64,000 nt of DNA, from positions 73,891,512-73,955,511 of the forward strand of contig NC_068981.1 in NCBI RefSeq assembly GCF_001194135.2. Reading direction: 5' to 3'. The position numbers and the translations under genes were made by a program. Within the stretch, counting starts at the first letter, position 1; every line of letters begins with the position of its first letter. The DNA is from Octopus bimaculoides (lineage: Eukaryota). Below, in pieces: positions 38,410-52,621 of the stretch. The notes under the pieces were generated by a model that saw nothing but the letters and a program-made list of their open reading frames with translations, did no database searches and was not told where the DNA came from.

Positions 38410-41400
38410 TGCCTGGAACCAAATGGTTAGGAAGCAAACTTAACCACACACCTACATCTACACAAATGAAAATTCATTCTAGAATAATGCATGAAGGGAA
38501 AACCTTGAGTTGAAATTTCTCCATACCCCTGAGTAATATTTGTACATTGCTTTGTGTGCAAGTCCCAACAGCGACACAATCACACACACATACATATAGT
38601 GATGTACCTTTGAGTTTAATTGACTGTCCCTACACCAACATCAACTATTGATAGATGTCATCATATAAACAGTAGCAGGTTGGCAAAGTTGTAAGAATTA
38701 GAAAGAATTGCAGTATTTTCCCAGTTCTCAGTTCAAATCCAGCTGTGGGTAACTTGGCCTTTCATCATCATCGGGTCGATAAAATAAAGCACAAGTTTAA
38801 TACAAGGGTTAATATATATATACATAATTACATTTTGATATAATTGATATATAATATGTAAGTTCATAGGAAGGAGTATACCCCTCCACTTGAAATTGCT
38901 AACTTTGTGCCTAAGCTAGAAACAATACTCTTTTACTTGTTTCAGTCATTTGACTATGGCCATGCTGGAGGACCGCCTTTAGTCGAGCTAATCAACCCCA
39001 GGACTTATTCTATGTTAGCCTAGTACTTATTCTATCGGTCTCTTTTTGCCCAACCGCTAAGTTACGGGGATGTAAACACACCAGCATCGGTTATCAAGCG
39101 ATGTTGGGGGGGGGGACAAACACATACACATATATACAATGGGCTTCTTTCAGTTTCCATCTACCAAATCCACTCACAAGGCTTTGGTCGGCCCGAGGCT
39201 ATAGTAGAAGACACCTGCCCAAGGTGCCACGCAGTGGGACTGAACCCGGAATTATGTGATTCGTAAGCAAACTACTTACCACACAGCCACTCCTACGCCT
39301 ATAATAATATATTAAATCTTAAGAGTTTTATGGTTTCAACAAGACTTCATTACATATTGGATTTCTTTCTTAATATCATTTCCCAACAAACCATTACCAA
39401 TAAATATTTGTTGTAAATGATTCAAGTTTAACAGAAATAAAACAAAAAAAAAAACAGTTCCTACATATTTAACGGACCAAACTATGTTCTTCGTATACAG
39501 ACATTAAACCATTCTTTCAATTTCCACCTTTTATCGAAACACCAAATGCTGAACAAGAAATATTGTCTACTTAAGAGCTCTTGCTGTGCAAAATACTTTT
39601 CTGTTAAAATTGATTCTGTTTTATGTGGTACTTAACAATTTGGAATTGCAACAATTTTTTTTAAAAAAAGGACAGGGAGAGTATTTTTATAAAATCATGA
39701 AATTAAAATTAACAATAAACACAGTATTGGAAGATTTACACTACACAGAAGCTTGAAAAACATTCCACTTATCTACACACATGCAAAATCACAACATAAC
39801 TTATTGTAACAAAATGAAAAAAAAATGGTGACTATATATTTAGCATTCAGGCAAAGCAAAGCAACTCCATTTAAAACAGTAGGGAGTTTCTGAGAGAGAA
39901 TGAGCTACCAAAAGCAGGTTAATTGATTTCATACAAGCTTCTTTGTTAGCAAATGCTTTGCTAAGATCACATTAAAAGGTCTGAAAGCTCTGTAAGCTAA
40001 AGCTATATTTTACTAGAAAGTAGCAGTTAGAGAAGATATCCCCTGAACTTGAAATCTACAATGTAACCACCTAGATTTTGATATTAACAACTATATCTTC
40101 CTTACCAAAAGGAATTAGAGATCTGCTTAAAAGGTCACTCATATTGAATTGCAAATGTTAACTTAACAGTCAGACAAAATTTGTTTCAAGTCTCAACTGT
40201 TAGACTGTGTTTCAAACAATAACTAGAAGTCTTTTTTCTAAATTCAAAGAATCTAAGTCACAAATCATCGGCATTTAAACATGAAATTTTGTCTTATGTA
40301 CATCCTCTTTGATCTGAGCAATTTGTAAAGCAGTCTATAATGTTCTATGCATTTAAAGTATTATATTATGCAATAGAAGTGAGACATGAAGTAAAATGGC
40401 ATTGAGATTTATATATACTTAACACTTGGGCCTAGATAAGATCATATTACAATTATAGCATTCTTGTACAAGGAACACAACTTGGCTTGCACCAATTTGG
40501 CTGACTGGTAACAGTCAGAGTCCACTCCTACACCATAGCAGAATGGTTACTGGTTAACAAATGGTATCCAGCAGGACAATCATTTTTTCAACAAATATCA
40601 CCCCAGTCATGCAAACATAGAAAATTGGATGGATGTAAGATGCTATTTAAAGGAAGTGTAGCACATGTACAGAGTTGAGAGAAAGAACAAGAAATCCATC
40701 AATGAACAAATCAATAGAAAAGATCACCAGTATTAAAGCATCAACACGATAGAGAAGAGTATTTAGCTAGAGCTATTTCACACAGCTTCACGCAATTTCA
40801 ATTTCATCTATTTATGTTCCAAATTCAAGCCATACCAAGACTGCCTTTCATCCCACCAAAGTTAATAAAAACAAAACATCGATAATACATTAGGGTCAAT
40901 TCAATCAGCCGTGTCTCTATCCAATAAAATTTAGTCTTGTACTTAGTTGAAAAGAATCAAAATTAAATTGAACAAAAGTCTTATGGAACTTTCACCTTTC
41001 GTTAACAAATTAAATGCTAGAATCTGTTCATCTGAAATGAATTTTTTATTGGGAATCTAATGAAATTATTTCATCAGCAATCAGTGTTTTTCTTAGTTTT
41101 GTGTCATTTAATAGTTGATAAAGGTCTGACGTGAACATAGATTTAGAAAAATTTATTCTATTTTAACTGGATAAAAGGATTTTTTTTTTTTTTTTGTTAG
41201 TGAAAATGTGAAATAATTGATTAGATCACTTCAAAGTTCTATCTTTTCTCTCTTCTACTGCTGCTTACAACAACCTAAGCCTCCTTGATGCATACTTTCT
41301 ATCATTCACAGAATATCTTTGTGACCAGTCACTATATGATACACTTTTAGTCCAGCTGTTCTTTCACACAACTGCGCTCTTCAAACTCACTTCCTGTCAA

Positions 41401-41812
41401 AATTCTTTCAACTATAAATCTCCAAGTCAAAACTATACATAAATCACATTCAAGCCTCTTCAAAAGGTCATTCATTCCTATTCTCCAGTAAAAGAGAGCT
41501 TAAAGAAATAATGAGCACATCTATTCTTGCTTCTCTTCTTCACTAATATTAGTAGTACTTATTTTATCATTTAAATCAGTGGGTCCACAAAAGATTTTGT
41601 TATTGAAAATTGCATGCAATAAATTGGTTATCCTTTGACAATACACAATACTCTAACAATTTTGCTTATAGAATTCCTAATGATATTTAATTATAGAAAT
41701 ATAATGGGACTTTCTAAAACACTGAATGTTTATTAGGGTCCAGTAGAGTAAAATAGGAATTAAAGGTGGGGCAAAGGGAAAAAATGGTTGAGAACCATTG
41801 GTTTAAATGAAT

Positions 41813-42128
41813 TTTCTTTTTTTATGCACCCTTTCAAAGCCTAGCCAGGCTCATGGGCCCGGTTTCCCAGTTTCTATGGCGTGTGTGTTCCCCCCAGCTG
41901 GACGGGACGCCAGTCCATGGCAGTGTTACTCAAGAAACAGGAAGAAAAGAGTGAGAGAAAGTTGGGGCGAAAGAGTACAACAGGGGTCGCCACCACCCCC
42001 TGCCGGAGCCTCGTGGAGCTTAAGTGTTTTCGCTCAATAAACACTCACAATGCCCGGTCTGGGGATCGAAACTGCAATCCTCCGACCACGAGTCCGCTGC
42101 CCTAACCACTGGGCCATTGCGCCTCCAC
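41813..42128 (-). mobile_element. SINE with the same tRNA head as 25313 but a different 3' body
   Basis: Head matches the reverse complement of 25313-25500; 3' part ends ...GGGTGCATAAAAAAAG; TSD TAAATGAAT at 41804-41812 / 42129-42137. Confidence 0.8.
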
Positions 42129-42715
42129 TAAATGAATACTATATTCATATAGTATTCATTTACTATATTTAAATGAATACTATATTCACAATCACTGGGA
42201 TGCAGTGGCCAAGTACAATCTAATATCTAATTTATCTTTATACACTAGTGTTTCTCAAAGTGAGCAATATCATCATGGATAATTTTAAATGGGTACTTGA
42301 CAGAAAGGGAATAGTATAGAGCAACACATGCATCGGTACAGCATTTTTGTGTTTTGTCTGTTGACCTATTTAAATATTAACTTTTAAATGTAATATGATA
42401 AACAACGTCTTTGTTAAAATCGCAACATTAATAAAAGACTTCAAAACTGAATAAGTAAATAAATAAAACCTATTCTATGTTTATAGTAGGACGGTGCTTT
42501 AGTAACTAGTTGTCTGGGTCAAACTTTTACATTAACATCATTTTAATTTTCACTTTTCTATGCGTGTATGGATTAGACAGAATTCTTTTGGGTAGTCTTT
42601 CTACAGCTGAATGCCCATCCTATTACCAGAATTCACATGTTTCCAAGCAAGATAATATTTTCCCCATACCCAAAAATATCTTTCATGAAAGATTGGAGAT
42701 GCTCATTTACAATGA

Positions 42716-43030
42716 TACACTCCAACACACACTCCAACACACACACACACACACTCCAACACACACACACACTCCAACACACACACACACACACACACTC
42801 CAACACACACANNNNNNNNNNNNNNNNNNNNNNNNNNNNNNNNNNNNNNNNNNNNNNNNNNNNNNNNNNNNNNNNNNNNNNNNNNNNNNNNNNNNNNNNN
42901 NNNNNNNNNNNNNNNNNNNNNNNNNNNNNNNNNNNNNNNNNNNNNNNNNNNNNNNNNNNNNNNNNNNNNNNNNNNNNNNNNNNNNNNNNNNNNNNNNNNN
43001 NNNGTGTGTGTGTGTGTGTGTGTGTGTGTG
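42716..43030. repeat. Compound CTCCAA(CA)n / (GT)n microsatellite around an N gap
   Basis: Directly visible. Many other (TA)n, (CA)n, (AG)n and (GAT)n tracts occur, e.g. 90-121, 22337-22385, 37090-37200, 45535-45570, 57888-57930, 59414-59620. Confidence 0.9.
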
Positions 43031-44473
43031 TGGTTGCATGCATACATTAAAAATGGTAAGGAACGCACTGAATAATAGCAAGGGAGCACTGAATAAATAC
43101 TAAATAAAAAGGAGTTAAAAACATTTGAGAAGTAATGATTTGCACATTACATCAAATTCAATATCTTCAAATCGATTAACAATACCCTAGCAGGAATTTA
43201 GATTATTTTTTTTTCTTCTTTATGTTTCCACTGGTTTAAGGTCACAAGTTATTAGTTTAAAATGTAATTAATTGAATTAACCCCCAGAATTTTAACTCCA
43301 GATATATGAAACAGAGTCAGTCCAAGATGGGCTTTCATTCAAATTGTGGATGAAGACAACTAAATACTGTAAAGCATTAGTCCAAGCCTTGACCATTTTG
43401 CCAACATACCAACATCATAAAACAGAATCTATTCAAATGTCTGGCTTTAAAATATATTTTATTGATTTGGATAGACATGATCTTGGTTGAAAACCAGACC
43501 AAAAACAACAATCAATGTGAATGTTGAGTATTATTTCATATCAGTTACAATCCACACAGAAAATATATAATTTATTTATCAATGTATTAGTATCATTTTA
43601 ATGCAAGTTTTACTCAAAGCACTCATACACTATCTCACCCTTCCTTCAAATGTTCAATATGTCATGGTAGGGTGTGAAGTGGTTGAGAGAGTTATTGTTG
43701 GCAGCTAGGCCTAGGAGATAGTTACAGTAGTTTAATCATTCATTCATTTTGGGCAATGTAAACCAATAAGATGTGAGCTAATTCTTGATCTTAACCCACC
43801 ACTGAGCTACTGCCTATTTTCTTACTTCTGTCCAGCACAAGATTTGGCAAGATGTTGCCAATGATAGATATAAATGTAAGAGTTAGCACATCCAAAAACC
43901 TCAAGAGGACCCTAAGACTCAGTGCCTGGTTCTGGTTTTACAGCACTTAGCAGATAAAGTAACTTTCCCTTTGGCTAGTATGGCAGTCCATTGCAGTTGA
44001 GATTTCCAAATGATCTGGCATTTATTCGTAACAGGTGAACTGAGGTATGTTGTTGTTTAGCCCAAAGATCAATCCCAATCAAGCAGATCTATAATCAAAG
44101 ACATTCAAGCCATAACTATCTCTTTTTTTTTTTTTTTTTTTTTTTTGTCAGTCAGACATTAATTAACCAATCCTACCTTTGTTTTGTTTTGTAAGACAGT
44201 AGGGTATGGTATGAGAGATTTGTCTGCTATTTCTAGCAAATCGAGCTATTACCAGAGCCCTCAAAATACATGAAACACTTAAAATAATGGATTTAAGCTC
44301 AACACTTATAGGATGGAAGTCCGACATCCTCTCTACTTAACTATTTTTACATGTTGCTTTGCAAGTTAGCTTGAATGGGGTTGTTCTACTTGTTGATACT
44401 CCTACTACAAACAACTATCTCAAGTTAACCTCAGAGCTATTATGCCTCAATTAAGGAAACATTATATGAACTA

Positions 44474-44761
44474 ATCATCATCATCATCATTTAACGTCCG
44501 CTTTCCATGCTAGCATGGGTTGGACGATTTGACTGAGGACTGGCGAACCAGATGGCTACACCAGGCTCCAATCTGATTTGGCAGAGTTTCTACAGCTGGA
44601 TGCCCTTCCTAACACCAACCACTCCGAGAGTGTAGTGGGTGCTTTTACATGCCACCAGCACGAAGGCCAGTCAGGCAGTACTGGCAACGGCCACGCTCAA
44701 AATGGTGTATTTTACGTGCCACCTGCACAGGAGCCAGTCCAGCGGCACTGGCAACGACCTC
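44474..44761 (-). mobile_element. Young copy of RTE 3'UTR-derived repeat
   Basis: Near-identical to 13353-13586 and to the reverse complement of 51412-51704. Confidence 0.8.
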
Positions 44762-46568
44762 AAAATATATTTGTAGCTCCTCCTTAAGAATGAAGCCATT
44801 TTCAAACTGACCTATCATACGACATGTGTATTCTATCTTTCTTTGAGATGATGAAACATGAAGGCAACTTAAATCTGAATTGAACAAGAAGAAAACTAAA
44901 CTACCCATGACCTGTTAGGTTACCTTGAAAATCTAAGTTTCCCAGCAACAGAATTTTGTTTTATGTGTTTTGTTTTTTCTTTTCCAGGTTATTTTGCTTG
45001 CTTTCAACTTATGTGACATTGAAATCATGTGTAAATGGCTCCCTTCCCCGGAAAAGGAAAGATTTGGCTGGTATTTCTTGCACGTCCTGTGACCATGTAA
45101 CAGGTATTTCAGGTCCTTTATCACAAATAGCTGTTACGTGGTAGCACGACATGCTAGAAATAGCAGCCAAATCTTTGGAGCTGAAATACATTGAATGCAC
45201 TCGAAAAAACTTTTGTAACTGTATTCCTTTGGGGGCGATCTTTCACTTTGACTCTCAGAACTGTCGCTTTGACTCTCAGAACTGTCATCTGGATCAGCTG
45301 GTTTTGTTCGTTAATTTCCATAAAAAAATTTTATTGATTTACTTTTGTTTTAAAGGGAAAGAGAAGTGAAAGATGTATGAACATGTATACGNNNNNNNNN
45401 NNNNNNNNNNNNNNNNNNNNNNNNNNNNNNNNNNNNNNNNNNNNNNNNNNNNNNNNNNNNNNNNNNNNNNNNNNNNNNNNNNNNNNNNNNNNNNNNNNNN
45501 NNNNNNNNNNNNNNNNNNNNNNNNNNNNNNNNNNAGAGAGAGAGAGAGAGAGAGAGAAAGAGAAAGAGAGACTTACACATACATGAGAACACAAGTTCAC
45601 TCACTCTCTCTCTCACAAGCACACGTACATACAAAAAAGTTGTACGCATATGTAATGATGTATGTACATATACATGACAACACACCCCTTCACTCTCTCT
45701 CTTTCACACACATCCATTTCATATACACATACATACATCTTTCACTTTCTCTTCTCTTTCATTTTAAAACAAAAGCAAATAGATAAAAAAAAATTTACAG
45801 AAAATAACGACTGGAAAATAATTTTTAAAAAAAACATTAAAATAATGTCTGTTTAAAGAAAGCTAAAATATAAATACTTACTGTACAAATAACTTACATT
45901 TTTGAAATCACATTCAGTTAAAAGATATTTCTAAATGATTAAAATATTGTGTATGTCAAAAAGTTGACATCTTTTCCTTAAAGAGTGCGAAGACTATGTG
46001 TGTGTATGTCACAGACAGCAGACATGTGTTTGCGTTGATTGACATGCCATGACATTATATGTGTGTATTCTGTATGTGTGTTGATGTCATGGAAGCTATG
46101 TTTTTTGTTTTTTTTGTCAAGAAATAAACAAACAAAAATTGTGTTTACTCGCTTTCATTAATAAATAGAGGTCCAAATGTCACAAAAATGTGTACTGCAC
46201 TGCCGAAACAAAGTATGAAAATAAATAAGCAAAAAAAAATTAAGAAAAAATATACTATTTCTGAGATATTTCGGGTACAAACATCCCTAGAGTTTTAGTA
46301 TTACTAAAATAGAGCAAAAGCATTAAATACAATAACGTACAACTATGAAGATCAATGAAAAAGAGAGTTGTAGTGATGTGGATAAGAAAGGATGTATATT
46401 CTAAGATGATAACATTTTAAGGGGTTGATGAAATCATACAAAGGAATCAAAGCAAACTTTAAAAACTATAAGCATAAAATGCACAAAATATTTGCTGGCA
46501 TTTTTCTTAGGAAAGTTTAGTGAACATAGGCTGTTACGTTACTATATGCAGGGCAATGTTTAGATTAA

Positions 46569-46788
46569 CCCTTTGGCATTCAGATTTCTCTGTTATACCT
46601 AATGTTTCTTTCTTCACATTGATTTGAATTAGTCAAGCATTATTTTGTAGCTCTGAAATTTCAATGACATGATTATTAATTTTTAGACTAATATCATAAA
46701 ATAAGCCTGAGAGGCTGGATCTGGCCAGTTTGAAAATAAAACTGGTTGAATATTTTGGCTGGATATGGCCGGTTTAAATGCTAAAGGG
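46569..46788. mobile_element. ~220-bp piggyBac-like MITE (TTAA|CCCTTT...AAAGGG|TTAA)
   Basis: TTAA at 46565-68 and 46789-92. Family copies at 2702-2902, ~6455-6625, 12872-13091, ~23740-23959, ~33465-33675, 37640-37865, 61676-61902, 62200-62410. Confidence 0.8.
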
Positions 46789-47759
46789 TTAAAAGTATTA
46801 GTCTTGGAAGATAATTTGGCCATAAGTATTGCAAAAGGAATGTCATACAATTAAAGGAACAAATATAATAGGTATGTTCTGTATTACAGGGTTTAATTGT
46901 TGCCTAGACATGACCTTGTGTTTAAAGTTTACTAGCAACTATGTTATGTCTGTAAGCAAGACAGGCTTATTGCAAAGGTTACCAACACATTTCACTATAT
47001 ATTATAGTGAAGTACTTAGGACAACATCCAGTGGTAAAAACAACTACTAAAAATATATACAGATATTCAAATTTGAAAAAAATGTCAACACATTTATAAC
47101 CATGCTTGCATAGAAAAGTAGATGTAAAGCAATACAAAAAAATTATATACTTTACCCACGCATATTTTTACATACATAGCTATAAAATGATTCATACATA
47201 TACAATAATTACAAAGATAATACTACAAAAGAAAAAAAACATATCTCAGTAAAATGTGCAATGAGGGTGATTTTTCACTGGTTAAAGTTAACTACAAATT
47301 GATAGGATTTGAATTCAAATACATAGTAGATACCTTGTGCATTACATGTTGCACCTCAGTTTACCTTGTTTGAAATATGCACCAAAATATTTCAAGGGTA
47401 TTAACTATGTTAGACTGATCCCACATAAGGGAAAAAGTTCTTACCCAGTTAATGTTCTGAAACCAGGGCTAGGTATCAGCCTATTTGAGAATGTAACAGC
47501 TAGGAAGCTTCTACACAATTGATTGAGTTGACACAAATAGCAGTTGCATCTCGTTCAAATCACACCCTATAGGGATGTGGACATACTAGGAGGGAAACAT
47601 TGGAAAATGTGGTCCTAAATATTCCTAAAAGAATGTAGGATTGTCCCAGCTCAGGTTCAACAACAAGATATTACAATTCAAAGCCTTTACTTTTTCAGTG
47701 ATTTAAGTTAAAACAACAAATATTATCACTAAGCCACATGGACTCCTACAAGAAATTCA

Positions 47760-48410
47760 GGCTTTTTGTACGATTGCAAAGAACAAGCTGTGTAAAGTAA
47801 TGAGGTTAAGAGTGTGATGCTGTGTAAAATATACATTAGGAGGTAACAATAGTGATGTTATGTGAAGCCTACATAGAAAGGTAAGGAATACAATGCTGTA
47901 GAGAAGCCTTAAGTTGGATGTGCAAAATATTCACAGCAGTAAGGTACAAGCTGATAATGATCCAATGGATGGACATTGATAGCATGGTTGTGTTTTGTTT
48001 CATTTTCTTAATTATTTAATCAAAGGAAGACAGGCTGCACTCATGCCCCTTATCAGTTCTCAAACTAGTAGAACAAAGTTATTTTCAAACCAGAGACCTA
48101 GCTTGAATGTTTGCAATGATAGTGTGGATTCCACGAAAGATATCTATGGACTAGGAAGCAGTGTTAACAAAAGTGTATTTAACCTGAGAAAGTGCTTGGG
48201 CTTTATAAGTATCAGTTCATGTGTGCAGGCAAGATAAATTAGCTGTTTGATAATGTGATGCAAACAGAGAATACAAGCTGGATGGAACAATGCCATAGGC
48301 TGACAATAAATGGTTTCCATAGTAAGTGCTAACCTAAGAATATTAACCGAAAAGGAGATTAGGATAGTGCAGGATCAAGTAGATGCAGATGGTTTCTTTA
48401 TTAAAGAAAC
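47760..48410 (-). mobile_element. Heavily decayed CR1/L2-like LINE 3' fragment
   Basis: Weak minus-strand similarity to LINE C-terminal motifs (LGL.., W..HI..); by eye only. Confidence 0.3.
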
Positions 48411-51400
48411 ATGAAATGGGCAGAAAATAAAGGACACCTTCATCTATTTGTTTTTCAATATTCCTGATGTGAAATCATGTATTGAAATTATGTATAGAAA
48501 CAGATATTGCTATACTGGAGGATGGTGATATTTTGCAAATTAAACACAAGTACTTTATATTAAGTCTTCACTTCATTTTTATTATCATTATTTTATTTTA
48601 AAGGTGGTGAGCTGGTAGAACCATTAGCACACCGGGCTAAATGCTTAGTGGTATTTCACTTGTCACCACGTTCTGAGTTCAAATTCTGCCGAGATTGACT
48701 TAGCCTTTCATCCTTTCAGGGTCAATAAATTAAGTACCAGATGAACATTGGGGTTGATGTAATCGACACATCCCTTCCCCCAAAATGGCTGCCCTTGTGG
48801 CAAAATTTGAAACCATTATTATTATTTTAGCTTTTTTATCACAGCTCTTTTGTCACATCCTGTGACCTCTTCAGCATCTCTTTATCACACGTGTCTTCTC
48901 TTGTTCCACTTATTACACGTGTCTTCTCTTGTTCCACTTTTGGAATAAGCAGATCAAGAGGAAACATGTGGGATAATGAGTGGCTGAAATCATGACCAAA
49001 TATATAGTGCATGTGTTTAATTGGCAAAATATGACCATCCTCAAGTATAACAATAATAAAGGACACTTTTCCAAGTAAGAACAAAAAATATGAAAAGACT
49101 TTAGATGGAAAAACGATTCTCATGAACACTTGAGAATCATTTTTCCCTACTGGCATGAGCTAGATAAATTTGCAAAACAGCACATATTGGATCCTTTCGA
49201 TCTAGGCTCACTCAATTGTCTAGGGAGGCCCTACATTTTCAGATGCCTTTCATCAAAGCTGTCAACAACTCTATGCACTTGAATGTCCATTCTCTCTCAA
49301 GTTTCCAGAGATCCTAGAGCACTTTTTTGTAAACACAAACTATGCTATATTCCCCCAATGAGGATTAAACTCCCAGAATAGGAAAACTTATAAAACAAAA
49401 TCAGAAACCCATGAAAATTTGCTCAAGGATTATGAAAAGAACAGAGAAATACACATTAACCTATTATATTCTCACCTTCATACAAAGTGTCTCAGTGAAA
49501 TCACTGCTTGTTTACATCTTTATAAATAGCTTGAACATCTCTCACAAGGTATTCATCTACGCTTTCAGGCAACAAATAACAAAAGATTGAACTTTGTCAC
49601 CTTGCCAAATGCTTTCTCTCCATCAATAAATGTAAATTGGAGCTCTTTTCTTTCAGGTTAAAAGCTTCTTTTGTAGAGATTTCATTGATAGTTTAACATC
49701 TTTGATTCTAAGTCGTAGCATAAACTTATACTGTATTATTTTCAGCTCAAGTATGTTTGTATTAATTTCTTAGTGACTTCCGTAACTATATTCATAATCT
49801 GATCCACCAATTTAAAGCAGTTGCAATTCTCCTCTCCCCTTAACTTCTGTATTTATTTTTGCTGATCCTGTTGTGCCAGTCACTATAGATACCAGCTTCT
49901 TGCACTAACTCATTAATTATGAGCCAATATAAAAGACTATTACAGTCACTCAACCTGCTAGAAATAGCAGCCTCAAACCACACCCTACTCTCTAACTAAA
50001 GAAGGATATATTAGGTAATGTTGCTTTAGATATATAAAGAAAGGATGGCCACAGCTGAACCAAGACTAACCTAGGCCTAAATAATAACAACAACCTGATT
50101 AACTAACCAGGTCCAGCTGTGACTATGCCTTCTTTTTATATATCTAAAACTACATTGCCCAGTTATCCCTCAAGTGATTAATATAGTAGTAATCCGAACA
50201 GACCCATTCAGCATCTGAGCAATTACCATTAGGGACCTGAAGCAATAGCAACAATAATGATACCGTTGAGGTTGCTGCCACTGCTGTGGATGGGGTTAGT
50301 GAGAATGAAGCAATTGATTATGATGATGATGGTGGTGGTGGTGGGTTATAACACGCCAAAACACACCTTTTTCCATGATGAAGCTGAATCCAAAATGATA
50401 GTAACTTTTCCTCAGTTTATGAGAGTCCTTGATCCGTCATTGTAATCTACACTGACTAACATAGGTGTAAAATCCTGGCACCATGCACAAACATTTGAAA
50501 AACAGACAACAACAAAGAATAAATCTGAATATTGGGCCTCGTGGACAAAATGATACAGAATTGAGATGAATTTCAATAGGTTTCAATACAAATATGTCCA
50601 ACACAGGCCAGTATAGAAACATGGAGATTAAGAGATGATGGTAAGTTAGGATCTTCTACATAAGATGAAAGACCCTACGTTTAGGTAATAATAGGTAATA
50701 GCAAACTGGAGAGTGAAACCCTTCCTCTAGGAATGGGTAGATAGTAATGATTCAGTTACTTATCATGGGGACTAAGGTACAAATTATGGGGGCTAAGACC
50801 GCAGATTACCATAAAACTGGAATTTTTTTTTTTTTTACTATAGGCGCAGGAGTGGCTGTGTGGTAAATAGCTTGCTTACCAGCCACATGGTTCCGGATTC
50901 AGCCCCACTGCGTTGTACCTCGGGCAAGTGTCTTTTACTATAGCCTTGGGCTGACCAAAGTCTTGTGAGTGGATTTGGTAGACAGAAACGTGTGTGTGTT
51001 TGTACCCCAACTATTGCTTGACAACTGATGGTGTGTTTAGGTCCCTGTAACTTAACGGTCCAGCAAAAATGACCGATAGAATACATACTAGGCATACAAA
51101 GAATAAGTCTTGGGGTCGATTTGTTTGACTAAAGACAGTGCTCCAGCGTGACCACAGTCAAGTGACTGAAACAAAAGAATAAAAGTATGAAGCTACATTT
51201 TCTAATTAAGGAGTATGCAGCTAACTACAATAGGTCCTAGTGTATGTATTATTATTGATTTTATTATTGATCTTAGAAGTTGAAGTTGACACCAAAAGAC
51301 AGAAAAGTAAACATGTGAATAAATCTATAAAGTAATGCTATTGTAGAAGTACAAGGTTTAGCCAGCACACACAGTGCAAATGTAAACATACATATATAAT

Positions 51401-51411
51401 ATCTCAGTGCT

Positions 51412-51704
51412 GGGATCATTGCCAGTGCCGCTGGAATGGCCCCCGTGCAGGTGGCACGTAAAATACATCATTTTGAGCGTAGCCGTTGCCAGTACCGCCT
51501 GACTGGCCTTCGTGCCGGTGGCATGTAAAAAGCATCCACTACACTCTCGGAGTGGTTGGCGTTAGGAAGGGCATCCGGCTGTAGAAACTCTGCCAAATCA
51601 GATTGGAGCCTGTTGTAGCCATCTGGTTCACCAGTCCTCAGTTAAATCGTCCAACCCATGCTAGCATGGAAAGCAGACATTAAACGATGATGATGATGAT
51701 GATG
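51412..51704 (+). mobile_element. Young copy of RTE 3'UTR-derived repeat
   Basis: (GAT)n tail at 51686-51704; inverted relative to 44474-44761. Confidence 0.8.
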
Positions 51705-52401
51705 AGAGCAAAGAATAAGGAATCAGTCCAACCATCTTTAGTACTATGTAGGATATTCATCAGGAACTGTAAACCCAACTGTGATTTATTCACAAAGAGT
51801 GTGTGTATGTGTGTGTGTGTGTGTGTGTGTAGTGACAATTAGGGACTTCACTAAATTGGAAAACCTGATTTGTATAAATAGTGTATTATTGGAAGCTAGT
51901 TCAATTGATTATTGATATGTTAAAGTGAATGTTTTGGGGAAACTATAATTGCACTAAATATGGTAAAGCAATCCAATATTGATTGGCCACACTGCTATGT
52001 CTGTTCCTTCATTAGGCAAAAAGTTATTGTTCTTGTATGAGAAGGAACATAACCTTTTGAATCAATTCCTTCACATTACTGATGTCATTCAAACAAAATT
52101 AGACCACACCTTTCAGGCCAATCAATCTGCTGGATACATAAATCAAATCTCTATACAAAACTCTACTTATTAAAAGACAAACAACTCATTGGATAATGCA
52201 GATCCTGATACACCAAGTCTGAATAAATAATACGGTGGTTATGGCGGAAATATCTTTAATCATAAATCTGTTCTGTCTCAGGGCTGACCTTGGGCTATGA
52301 CCCAAGGAAGGAAAAGTAAAATTGGCTCTGACAGTATTGTAACTAAGAGAGTTGAAACTAAACATTGTGATACATTTAGTCTTGGACACTATTATCTTTA
52401 A

Positions 52402-52621
52402 CCCTTTCATTACTGTATTTATTTTGAGATGCTCTGTGTTTCTTTCAATTACTTTAAATGTAACAAAGAATTTAGTAAAATAACTTAGTTATTATTAAGC
52501 TAGTGTCAGGAACATAAATTGTGACTAAGGTTTGGTGGAAGATTTTAATTCAAAACTTATGAAAACAAGACATTTGTACTCAGAGCCAGAGCTGGTTTCA
52601 GCCGGGTTGGTAACGAAAGGG
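52402..52621. mobile_element. 220-bp piggyBac-like MITE, second subfamily
   Basis: TTAA|CCCTTTCATTAC ... GTAACGAAAGGG|TTAA. Confidence 0.8.

Noticed and set aside
43476-43500. Minus-strand FNQDH-like string as WIPI3 exon 1
   Set aside because: Upstream codons do not resemble NGLLYAG, no ATG context, and no proper phase-1 GT donor.
45780-47300. 3'UTR-like composition suggesting the end of another minus-strand gene
   Set aside because: No upstream coding exons found; the skew is explained by intronic strand asymmetry.
50445-50646. Possible plus-strand exon ending in gtaagt
   Set aside because: Stops in the frames tested and no homology recognised.
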